Shown here piece after piece: positions 11,045-21,714 of a stretch of 33,103 nt of DNA; position 1 is the first letter of the stretch; every line of letters begins with the position of its first letter. Origin of the DNA: Chiloscyllium plagiosum (lineage: Eukaryota); NCBI RefSeq assembly GCF_004010195.1, contig NC_057718.1, forward strand, positions 24,826,331-24,859,433, in the 5' to 3' direction. The translations under genes and the position numbers were made by a program. The notes under the pieces were generated by a model. That model made no database searches. It was not told the DNA's origin and worked only from the letters and a program-made list of their open reading frames with translations.

Positions 11045-12180
11045 ATGTACATCAATAAGCCAATAATTTAGATAAAGGCTGAGAGAGTTTGTTGCCAAAG
11101 TTTGCAGATGACACCAAAATAAGATATGTGGCTATTTTGTTTGGAGACTGAAGGAAGTTGCAAAAGAAATATTAATAAGATGGGGAATAGATTAAAAAAT
11201 GCCAGATGTAATTCAAAGTCACGAAGGGCAAGATGATACAATTTGACAAACAAAATAGCAGCTGCAATAATGCTCTGAATTGAAGTAGACACTGTCCTGG
11301 AAAAGATCATAGAATACGACGTATACATTTCCAGGGAACCAAAGGTAGTATCTCAGCTTAGTCCGGTTGTAAAGAAGACTAATGTGATTCAAGTTTTTTA
11401 CAGAAACTGTATTGACTATAAAACCAAGAAGGAGAAAGTGAGGACTGCAGATGCTGCTGATCAGAGCTGAAAATGTGTTGCTGGAAAAGCGCAGCAGGTC
11501 AGGCAGCATCCAAGGAACAGGAGAATCGACGTTTCCTGAAGAAGGGCTTATGCCCGAAACGTCGATTCTCCTGTTCCTTGGATGCTGCCTGACCTGCTAC
11601 GCTTTTCCAGCAACACATTTTCAGCTATAAAACCAAGAAGCAAGGATATGCTGAGATGAATAGATGAAATCTTAATAAGTTTTTGGTGATAATGTATACA
11701 AAACTGGTAACAATATTGGAAGAATATTGAAGCTACAGTGAGGGTACAAGCTAGATTTCCTGGCATATTACCTGGTTTGAGGAAAATAAGATGAAGTTGA
11801 GCAGTTTTCATTACAATACAGATTATAGGATAATATGGTAGAAAGCACATAAGATAATGGAAGGATGGAACACAGTAGCTAAAAGTGGACAGTTTCTAAT
11901 AAGTTGGAAGATCTAAACATAAATGCCACTGAGAAATTATTAAATTAAAGTATTTGAATACATGACAATTTTGTTTCTCTGCAGCTCTGCATAGCTGTTG
12001 AATTCATTTCCACATTTTGTGGTTGAAGCAGATTCTAAATCAGGATTAAAGGTGATTTGAATAGCTGATTGAAAGGAGGAGACATCGCTTTTGGTGATTA
12101 TGACTACATGCACCAAATGGCCACTATGTCAGAAGTTCAATCAAATTCTGTGTACTGTTTTGAGTCTATTATATTCTTTT
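11045..12180 (+). mobile_element. Old CR1 LINE RT/3' part (continuation of 9310-9860)
   Basis: aagtttgcagatgacaccaaaata = KFADDTKI. Downstream decayed IDYK...ARFPGILPGL. Hosts the Penelope fold-back. Confidence 0.7.
11432..11624. mobile_element. Penelope-like fold-back insertion with central hammerhead-like core
   Basis: 71-bp inverted arms 11465-11535 and 11556-11626 (1 mismatch). CTGAAGA-a-GGGC-ttat-GCCC-GAAACGTC at 11536-11563. 16-bp direct repeat ctataaaaccaagaag at 11416-11431 and 11625-11640. Confidence 0.85.
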
Positions 12181-13204
12181 TTCCAAGTGATTTTGTCCAG
12201 CAGAATGTTTCTTTTCACTGATTTACATGGTTCACACAACCAATGTGAAAAAAATGCTCTGGGAGCTCTGCTTGTCTCATTTCTGACTGATGTATATGCC
12301 AATCTGTTTGGTGGAGTAAACTCAATGCAGCTCACTGGACAGGAATCTAATAGGATCGAATGAAAGGTCAATTTTACTCCATGCCCAATATTATTTAAAT
12401 GTGCCACCAGATCCTGAGACCCTCCTGGCAGGCAGGTTAGTCTTAGACAATACAATTCCTGTGGGTGTCTTCCATTAATGTAAATGCAGTGGAACAAAAT
12501 CCCTGTCTTCCTTCTAGAAATTTCATTGAGCCCATCTCAAGTTATGTGAAATTCTGTGTCAGTGACATAAAAGCGGAGCTAGACTTTGGAGTTGTCTTGG
12601 GTTTTGACAAACAATTTACACTCTGCATTAATAATGTAAATCCAAAGCCATGTTAGTATAAGACCACACTTGGTGTAAATTTACTCTAAGGCATACACTC
12701 AGCACCAAAAACTTTATTAGTTCTCTTAAAGTTTAACTCCTCAAATCCAATTAAAAATGCAGATGAGAAACATTGCAATAATTCAAGTGCCAGACTTCAA
12801 ACAAGAAAGAACACCAATTCGAGTATTTCCCAAGGCAACAGCATGACACAAGCTATATTCAACATTATGAATATTTAATTGGTTATTCACACTAATTCAA
12901 GATGCTCATAGCTTCAAGGGTGTGACAAGTATGAACGTGTTGAGAAAAAAAAGCTGCAAAAACATAACCACAAAACAGATGGCATACGTTTAACAGTTGC
13001 CCCAAACTCTATTTTTTCACTATTGTTGGATCTTATTTTGGGGCAAACTTATACAAAACAAACTCCTTCAGGAGGATGAAACAATAGACTTTTTTTTATA
13101 TCTGAATTTTATCAACTAATCCATTTCAGTAGAGCAAACCTTGTAAGACTGGTAGAAACAAATATGAAAGTCTCAAGTTGTTTATCATCATTATTGTCTG
13201 TGAT

Positions 13205-13428
13205 CATGATTTGGAGGTGCCGGTGTTGGACTGGGGTGTACAAAGTTAAAAATCACACAACACCAGGTTATAGTCCAACAGGTTTAATTGGAAGCACACC
13301 AGCTTTCGGAGTGCCACTTTACAATTGTGTCCTCCACAACCACCTGATGAAGGAGCGGCGCTCCGAAAGCTAGTGTGTTTCCAATTAAACCTGTTGGACT
13401 ATAACCTGGTGTTGTGTGGTTTTTTAAC
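13205..13428. mobile_element. Second-family Penelope-like fold-back insertion with hammerhead-like core
   Basis: Inverted arms about 13245-13315 and 13357-13428. cac-CTGATGA-a-GGAGC-ggc-GCTCC-GAAAGCTA-gtg at 13341-13375. Flanks attgtctgtgat (13193-13204) and attgtccgtgat (13429-13440). Confidence 0.8.
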
Positions 13429-14411
13429 ATTGTCCGTGATGGTAAATTTCCTCAATGTTACTCCAAATCACCAGTCCCTTTGGTGGGAGTTATTGAAACA
13501 CATTTAATATGTGGAAGTTGCGTGTCTGCTGAACCTTTATCGAGGTTATCACAGCAGTGAAGTAGTAGAAGCAGCAAGAAAATTTCTGGTACATGTATTT
13601 TTTACTTCAAGACATTGCTAGTCAGTCCAAAGATCGACAAATCATTATTTTTATCAGTGTACTGGCATAGAGGAAGAAATGCCACCAGTTTGTTACATTT
13701 CTTGCAAATATGGCAAAACATTTCGCAAACAGTGAATTATTTTGCAGTGTAATTATTATGCATGCAGTGATGTGATCAGCAATTTTTCACATAGTAAGAT
13801 CCTACAAAAACAAGATAAATAATAAGTTAATGCATTTCTGACAGTATTCTAATGATAACATTTCTGTGACAGTGATGGTGCACAGCGCTTTTACAAATAT
13901 GAAAGAAGTGGACTGTGGTCAATTCAGGCTATTAAATTTGAAAAATCTCAAAATATTTCTCAAAACATATTTGCTTAGAATGCAATCAAACCTGATTTTC
14001 TTAGGAAGGAAAAGTTCTTAAAGCCTCCGTTATGAAACACCAGAAGGATTGTTGTACATGTAAGCATGCTCATTAACTATCACAGACAAATTTCACAAAC
14101 ACAGTCTTTCTGGCCATGTAGCATCTTCATTGTCCAAGAGTCGCCAATCATCATTGAATGACTGAGCAGATATGATGGACAAAATTATCTAAGTTTGCTC
14201 CAATATTTTATGGTCTACAATATGGTAACATTCCAGCTAATTTTCAGTCCTCAGGATAATCGCTTGCACGGTTTAGCACATCGCTCACCTGCATCGTTCC
14301 ATTGTACTTGGTTTGCAATTCTTCTAACAGTACTGATATGCAGTAGCAACTCTTTGGGTGAAATACAGCTTAATCTAGAATGCTGAATCTCAAACTTCAG
14401 ACTGCAGGCTA

Positions 14412-14696
14412 GGGCGGCATGGTGGCTCAGTGGTTAGCACTGCTGCCTCATAGCACCAGGGTCCCAGGTTTGATTCCAGCCTCAGGTGACTGTCTGTGTA
14501 GCTTTTGCACATTCTCCTTGTGTCTGTGTGGGTTTCCTCCCACAGTCCAAGGATGTGTAGGTTGGATGAATTTGCCATGCTCAATTGTCCAGAGTGTTAG
14601 GTGCATTAGTCGGAGGAAAATGGGTTTGGGTGGTTACTCTTCGGAAGGTTGGTTGGGCCGAAGGGCCTGTTTCCACACTGTAGGGAATCTAATCTA
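14412..14696 (+). mobile_element. HE1-type SINE
   Basis: gggcggcatggtggctcagtggttagcactgctgcctca head, V-domain, aatctaatct tail. Confidence 0.9.
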
Positions 14697-15932
14697 GAAA
14701 TCCACAAACAAGTTTAACAGTGTTCAGTGCAAATAGAATTTAGTAATTTGGCTATTCTCCTTCGAAGGCCACAATAGTATCAATTGCCTTGAGCTACCTC
14801 TTTACAGAAAACGAATCTTTGAACCACAGTTGCTCACTTCATATATGATAAAACACTACTGTACAATTAGGGACATAGCTCAATTTTTCTGACTGTTTAG
14901 TCTGACTAACTGAAATAAAATTAGCCAAGATGTATACGGAGAAAGGAAACACTATAGAAAAAAGTTAACCTCCGTAATCACGTTAAATTGCTAGTAATTT
15001 GTGATATTGAAATACCAATGGCACACACAGATAAAATCTGACCCTCTGGCAGGTCAATAGTTTTCACTTGAACAGCCCATCCATTTATACAGTAATCATG
15101 TCAGCAGTGATGGCTGGTAACCTTTCTGACAGGTGTGACACGCACCATACATAGCTACATCAATTAACATGACAAATTAAATTTCCAATCCTTGATTGTC
15201 GCACAGTTAGATTTTTTAAAAAAAGCATTGTATCCAAATCAACTCTACTAGCTCAATATATGTAGTTTGGTTAAAGTGCTTAGTTAAAGATGTGTCGGGC
15301 AATATGTTGAAACACATCTGCTTGCTGAAGACCCAGTGAAGGTTCTTCCAGTAAGTCAGAATACTGAGGCAAGGGATCTCTGGTCCCATATTGCAGAGCT
15401 CAAAAAACATGAAAACAGAGGATGAATTTTCCCCCAAAGCCCCCCTGAATAATGAATCACGCGATCAACCAGTCAGAGAAAAGTCGCCTCCATATATCTG
15501 AGTGACAGCAGCATATGTGGAAGAGAATTAGCCAGGGATTGGAGAAGCAATGAGGAGCTGAGAAGGTAAATAGCAACAGCAGGTAGATTGCTGGGGCCAG
15601 CAGGGAGCTCTCTGCCAGGATCAAGGGGGAAATGTCTTCTAGGGTCAGGGGTAATATCTATTGGGGGTCTTTCTGCCAGATTGGGGTGGGGTTGTAGGAG
15701 GCATCTGCCGAGGACGGGTAATCACAATAGGAAGCTATCTGGTGAGGCTGGGAAGGTCAGTCAGGGATTCCAATTGCCAAGCCGGGGTGTGTGACATCAG
15801 ATGGGGGCAGACACAGCTGCATGGCGAAAGGAGGCTGTTCGTAGAGGAGGAACAGAGAAGGAGAACAAGTTTATTATCATGGTAGGTGTTGGAAATCATT
15901 GCATCCTGAGCAACGATCTAGAGACTATGGAG

Positions 15933-18650
15933 TCTAAGATGTTTGTAAGATTACCTCTTGATTTAATGTTTTGCTAACTGTTTACACTATAAAGCTTAGT
16001 TAAAGGCTTTACATTGAATCATCTTTGTCCATTGTCTACTGGCATGTGAACTCTCCTGTCACTCCTGCCCTAGGCTAACTATTTACATACTTTAGTACTA
16101 AACCTTTGCTCAGCATCACCCTCTAGGCTCCAAACTATATACTAAAGTACGTCATCTCACATCTCCCCCCAACATCAGTCTCTATCTCTGGCCCACAAAG
16201 ATAGTCACTGTGGTGATTTCAATACTTTCTCTGAACTTGTTCTCAGCTCTCCCAAGAGGAAGTTGAGGTCTTTTTGCTGGGAGTTAATGAATTAGTGTTT
16301 GAGTCACCACAGAATGTCAGCTCTTTATTCAGGTTGTCTTACTTGATCTCTGGATAGGTTTTGATCCATTCCAATGAGGGTCGATTTATCATCAAAACTA
16401 ACGCCTCTTATTCTCCTTACAATGCTGTTTTCTGTCTCATTGAGATAGGATCTTCATTGCAAAGTGTTCTCCAGGAGTGTGCCTTCATGATTCTGATCCT
16501 CTATCCATTCCGACTCCCCAGCTGGTAAACCATGAACTCTACGACTTTGCTTGTGGTTCTTAGCTAAACCCTATGTCATCACAGGTAACTATCTTGAAGT
16601 CAAAGAATTATGAGAATCCAATTCTTCAAAACAATTCTCAACATTTTACATCGATAGCTGAACAGGAATGCATAACCAGGGTGTCGATAGTTTGATATTT
16701 ATCTTGGACATACTCTGTTACTGTGACAAATCTTATTCCTGTTAATTGAAATCTTTGTCATATCTTTGCTATTTTTATGACATTTAATAATTTTATCAAT
16801 GGTTTATGGTCTGTCTCTGTAGTAAACTTCAGATCTAAGATGTAATCTATAATTTTCTCATGCCTGCGTTGCTGTTGATTCTTCCAACTAGATCTGGATA
16901 AAATGGTAGACTTGTGTACATCTTCCCTCTTTCTGAACTTGAAAAAAGCATTGTGCCGGGTCCAGTTAATGATGTGTCTGCTGTCCCTATTGTTGGCATT
17001 TCTGAGTCATGATGTGCCAATATGTCTCATGAGATAAGCCATGATTCTCTCTCAGAATATGTGTGAGTTCTCTGCCAACTCCAAGACAATGTCAAAACAA
17101 TTATTGCCCAAATTCATTTACCAGTGCCAGATTTAATAAATGCTTCCTGACTTAGTTAATCATTCCCATGTTTCCCTGCACTTCAGTAACATTACAATGT
17201 AATGGGAAATCATGAATAGTTTTACTGTTTTGCAGACCAGTCATGATGCTCATTATGTGAACAATATGTCCCAAAGTTTTAAGGCTAAGTTGAAAGAACT
17301 CACATTTTCATTCAGAGCAAGACCTATTTCTTGCAAGGTTTTCAATAAAGCTCTGGCTCTTTCATCATGTTCAGACATGGTTAAGTTATGATTGTAAACT
17401 TTCATCTGTATGACAGGTAAGTCTTCTCGTCCTTCCAAAATAATCATTATTCTTTGAAAATTTTCAGATCTGATGTAATGCTGAAAGGGAGATGATTAAA
17501 GCAATATCTTATAAATGGTGTGATCTTTGTTCCAGAGATAGTTGCTGCCTCAGATGACTGTCTGTGTGGAGTTTGTACATTCTCCCCGTGTCTGCATGGG
17601 TTTCTTCTGGGTGCTCTGGTTTCCTCCCACAGTCCAAAGATGTGCAGGTCAGGTGAATTGGCCATGCTCAACTGCCCATAGTGTCAGGGATAAATGTAGG
17701 GTGGGGGAATGGGTCTGGGTAGGTTACTCTTCGGAGATTTGGTGTGGACTTGTTGGGCTGAAGGGCCTGTTTCCACACTGTGGGGAATCTAATATAATCT
17801 AATTATCATCAGGACTGGTGAAAATTCTACCTTGTAACAGGTTTGTTAGATTCTTATCCACAATGATATAAGGTGGATTTCACTCTATAACGCTTGGTTT
17901 GACTGTGTGAATGGTCAGTAAATGGTTTAAGTTTGGCTCTGGACCATGCCAGAGAACATTAATCTGTTAGCTTTGTCATTGGTAAAGTCATTCCCTGATG
18001 CAGCCTTGCCTTAATTTTGCTTTACTTTTTCAAAAGTGGATATTGAAAATTTCTTGGTGCATGTGCATACAGGTTTGGCATCTGCTTTCAATGAAAAGTA
18101 CTAAGCTGTTACTAACCTTCCAAAGATGCTAAATATTTTTGGTAATTCTGCTCTGACTTTGTCCTTGTTCAGTTTAGACCCTCATCTTGAAGTGCTCCTT
18201 TATCTTGGTGAATCAACAAGCTAATTTCTCAGCTTTTTCTGGCCTTCCCTGTGTTCAAAAAATGTTGGTATTGGTAGTGATCACTCTAGGGGTTTTTTCA
18301 CTGGAGTTTCACCATGTGCTGCTCCATGTTCATAGCTGCTCTGCTCATGACTGATTTCCAAGTAGCTGGGCCTTATCCTCTTCTTGTCACTGCTCTGTCT
18401 TGCTGCTGTTGGGTCAGTCATTGCTGTTACCATCTGTTTTCATTATGGTGTATCTTGTATTTGGTTCTGCCTTCAGGAAGTATCCAGAGAGATTGCTGAC
18501 TCTAAGATAATAGTAAGATGGCCTTTCTGTTTAACCTTTTGCGAACTTAGCACAAACTCATATATAGAATCATCTCTCTTCAGATTCTGTCATTCAATCT
18601 CTGACATTGCTATTGATGTAGGCTGACTATTTACATGTTTGAGTATTATC
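15933..18650 (-). mobile_element. Decayed, internally deleted Gypsy (Ty3) LTR retrotransposon
   Basis: RT motifs TKITPFIRYCFNHLPFSITS and EHDERARALLKTLQEIGLALNE. Upstream LPKIFSIFGRL..SLKADAKPVC. Integrase C-terminus EWIEDQNHEGT..RSYLNETENSIVRR. PPT GGGGGGAGA at 16170-16162 followed by TG. Related LTRs at about 15933-16161 and 18501-18650. Confidence 0.85.
17541..17802 (+). mobile_element. HE1-type SINE (head deleted) inserted in the Gypsy RT
   Basis: V-domain and tail present. Splits the Gypsy RT coding region. Confidence 0.85.
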
Positions 18651-18659
18651 GCTATACAC

Positions 18660-19000
18660 TGCAAGAAGAAGGTTAGTGGGATGGGGGAGGGGAGACTGAA
18701 AAAAAGGAGAAGGAGGCTACAGAAGGTTGGAGAAGGAAACTGCATTGTGGGGTGGGGTTGTTGTTAGAAGGAGGCTGCAAGGAAGTAGCAGGAGGTAGCA
18801 AGGGAAGGGGAGAAGGAGCTGAAAGGGAAGTGGAAGGATGAGGCTGCAGGGGGAAGAAAGGAGGCAAAGAGACAACAAGGGACATTGAGGAAGAGGTTTC
18901 AAGAGGGGAGAAAGAGACTGTAGCAGCATAGAGGGATGCTGAATGGGAGGAGCAGGAGTCTGTAAAGCATACAGAGGAACCTGCAAGGAGATAGAGTTAT
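18660..19000. repeat. Purine-rich (GA) low-complexity tract
   Basis: Strong A/G bias on the + strand (gaaggaggct/gaagggaag units). Source of the spurious Pro/Ser/Leu-rich ORFs on the - strand. Confidence 0.7.
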
Positions 19001-19569
19001 TGCACATTAATAAAGGAATGCTCAGTCAACGAGGAGACAAAAAAGCTTGAAATCAATGAGAAAGTCAATTCCTGCAAATAACTATGGAATCCCTAGCTTA
19101 AGGTTACATAAATTCAAGACTACAAAATAAGCAACATATCGTGGATGATATTGTGATGCATCAACTGTTAACTGCAAATCTGAAATAGAGATCTGAGATA
19201 TAGAAAAGAATGTAGCAGCTGCCTTAGTTAAAATGTTCTATCTATGTGCTTATGCCATGTAAGGGCATTCGCTTTGACCTCACCAATCTGTAGAAGCTAT
19301 GTTTAGGATGTTGGATTTTTGTGCGATTTTTTAAAATATACTTTTGCTGCTAACTTAAGATGTCTCAAGACAACAGGCATAAGTTCTGTTGCGTCAAGGA
19401 AATGAAGGCTTTCCTTGTGGCTTTACGTTCACTTGAGGGCTGATAATAATTGAGGATATTGATGAATCAATCTAACTCTGCTGTTGTGAGTCCATATACT
19501 TCCCAAGCCAATATAAATGCACAAGGCAAATTTATTGAGTAACTGCATCACCTAATAACCTAGTTAGCG

Positions 19570-21276
19570 GGATGAAAAAGGGATTCAAGAAAACCAAAAA
19601 GTACCCCACGCAGGACCAGAAACATAGGCTGAACAAAAGAAGAAATTCTATATATGCAGGAGGAGGAACGAGGCACCAAATTCAGAAGCAGAGCCTCTAA
19701 AGTCATAAGTTCAACATTATTACCTGTGCAATGTGCAGTTTGGCACAGGGAGAATCAGAAGGGAGAGATAACTGCATGGGTCAAGGGCTGATGTGGGAGA
19801 AGTGGTTTCTTGGGGTTCTTGGGGCACTGTGGCAGAAATTAGAATCTGAACCTATGGCACAGTCAGTATCTGAACTGTGACGAGGCTCATGTTCTTGGAA
19901 GCCACATAACTAGGAATGTAGAGAGGATTTTAAAAGAAATAGTGGGAGGACGGGACCAAATATTGGAAGATGTGGTAAATCCAAGAGAAGAGAAAAGGCC
20001 AAAGAGAAAGGTGATAATGAACAGACTGTGACTGGAAGGGATAAGAAGTACAAATCTTCAAGTAAAGCGATGGATAAAACCAGAGTTTATAAAAATAATA
20101 AAGGCATAGTACCAAAGACATTTTATCTGATTGGCTATAGCATTTAAAAACAAAACAGATGAACTAAGAGTGCAAACACAAGTGATTAAGTACGATCTGG
20201 TAGATACACGGCTGCAGGCCAAGATGGATTTGAGTCTAAATTTTGAAGAGCACTGCCATTTAGTAAAGGCAGGAAGCTTAAAAAGGGTGGAGCGGTAACT
20301 CTGGATCAAGGGTTGGTGTGGAAGAAATGGATTCTCCACATATAAATAAGGAGAATTTACTGAGTAACTGCATCACCTAAAGAACTAGTTAATTATGATA
20401 TATGCAATATAGAGAGGGATAACCTAAACTTAAGAAAACAAGACATGGAAATAGTTTGGGTGGAGATGAGAAATGATAAAGGAAACAAGCCACTTGTAGG
20501 AGTGGTGTACAAGCCCCCTAGCAGTACACCCACGGTAGAGTGAAGCGTAAGGGAAGAAATAATGGGAGCTTGTTGGAAAAGTAAGCAATGATCATGGGAG
20601 ATTTCAATCAACACCTTGACTGAAAACGTCACATGGGCAAATGTAGCCTGGATAAGTTCGTAGAATGTTTCCAGGTAGCTTCTTAAGATAACATATACTA
20701 GATCTGGTATTGTACAACATGATAGGATTAATTCATGATCTCCAATCAGGAGGTACCCCAAGGCAGCAATGACAATGACATGTATACATTTTACATTCAT
20801 TCTGAAGAAAAGGGGAGAGCGCCCAAGACTATGCTTTAAAATTTAAATTACAGTGATTATAAAGGCATGAAAACCAGAGCTGCCTGAAGTACACTGCCAA
20901 ATTAATTTGAAGAATAGCTCAACAGAGATTTATTGGCAGACATTTAAGGGGATTTATCAAGTTGTACAGAATGGGTACATTTCAAAGAATAAAAAAAATG
21001 CTCAAGGATGAACCCATCATCCATGGTTAACTACCGAGATTGTAGATAATATCAATCTTAAAGGAAAAATATATAATTAATACAAAAATCAGCAAAGACT
21101 GATTAAAAAAAATGCTAAGAATTACAATAAGAAGAATAAGTATGAGAGAGCTATCCAGAAATAGAGAAAAGGTAGTAAGAGTTCCTATAAATATTTAAAA
21201 TAAATGTTTTCAAAATTAATTTTGATCCTTTAGAAAATGAGACTGGAGAATCGTCAATGGAAAGTAAAGAGATGGC
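19570..21276 (+). mobile_element. CR1 LINE, ORF1 end plus ORF2 endonuclease (decayed)
   Basis: ORF1-like W.KG.CGR.GF motif. APE motifs EIVWVEMRNDKGNKPLVGVVYKPP and IMGDFN. Linker ending MESKEMAE. Confidence 0.75.
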
Positions 21277-21363
21277 TGAAATAACTCCAGAGGCCAATAT
21301 CCCATCATCATGTCACCATTTATTTATACATGAAGAGTCATTGATCCAGCTCCCTCAGAGTCC
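21277..21363 (-). mobile_element. LTR fragment (same family as 28545-28747)
   Basis: tgaaataactcc...gtcacc...ttgatccagctccctcagag matches the reverse complement of the 3' end of the LTR at 28545-28747 (...ggagttatttca). Confidence 0.7.
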
Positions 21364-21364
21364 C

Positions 21365-21712
21365 TGCGAGAAGGAGCGCTTCTTGCAGAGCGTTTTAAGG
21401 ATTATCTCTGGGACACCACACCAATCAACCCCACCATCCCGTGGCCCAACATTTTAACTCCCCCTCCCACTCTACCAAAGACATGCAGGGCCTCCTCCAT
21501 GGCCACTCCCTCACTACCCAACACCTGGAGGAAGAACGCCTCATCTTCTGCCTTGGAACACTTCAACCCCAGGGCATTAATGTGGACTTCACAGTTTCCT
21601 CATTTTCCCTCCCCCCCCTGGAGGCTCCCTGCCTTCATTCCTGGTGAAGGGCTTTTTCCTGCTTCTCGGATGCTGCCCGACCTGCTGTGCTTTTCCAGCA
21701 CCACTCTAATCT
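21365..21712 (+). mobile_element. Penelope-like element: GIY-YIG endonuclease C-terminus plus terminus
   Basis: LAERF...VAQHFNSPSHS...LEEERLIFCLGTLQPQGINVDFT, then a decayed core ctggtgaagggc and ggatgctgcccgacctgctgtgcttttccagc. Confidence 0.85.
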
Positions 21713-21714
21713 AG

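Noticed and set aside
12141..12497. 118-aa minus-strand ORF
   Set aside because: No recognisable domain or convincing splice sites, and it overlaps an old LINE end.
14289..14375. Minus-strand CAG|GTGAG donor with a short open frame
   Set aside because: No good acceptor and an unrecognised peptide.
14412..14480. tRNA genes at A/B-box sites
   Set aside because: All are SINE or LINE heads continuous with repeat bodies, and none forms a complete cloverleaf.
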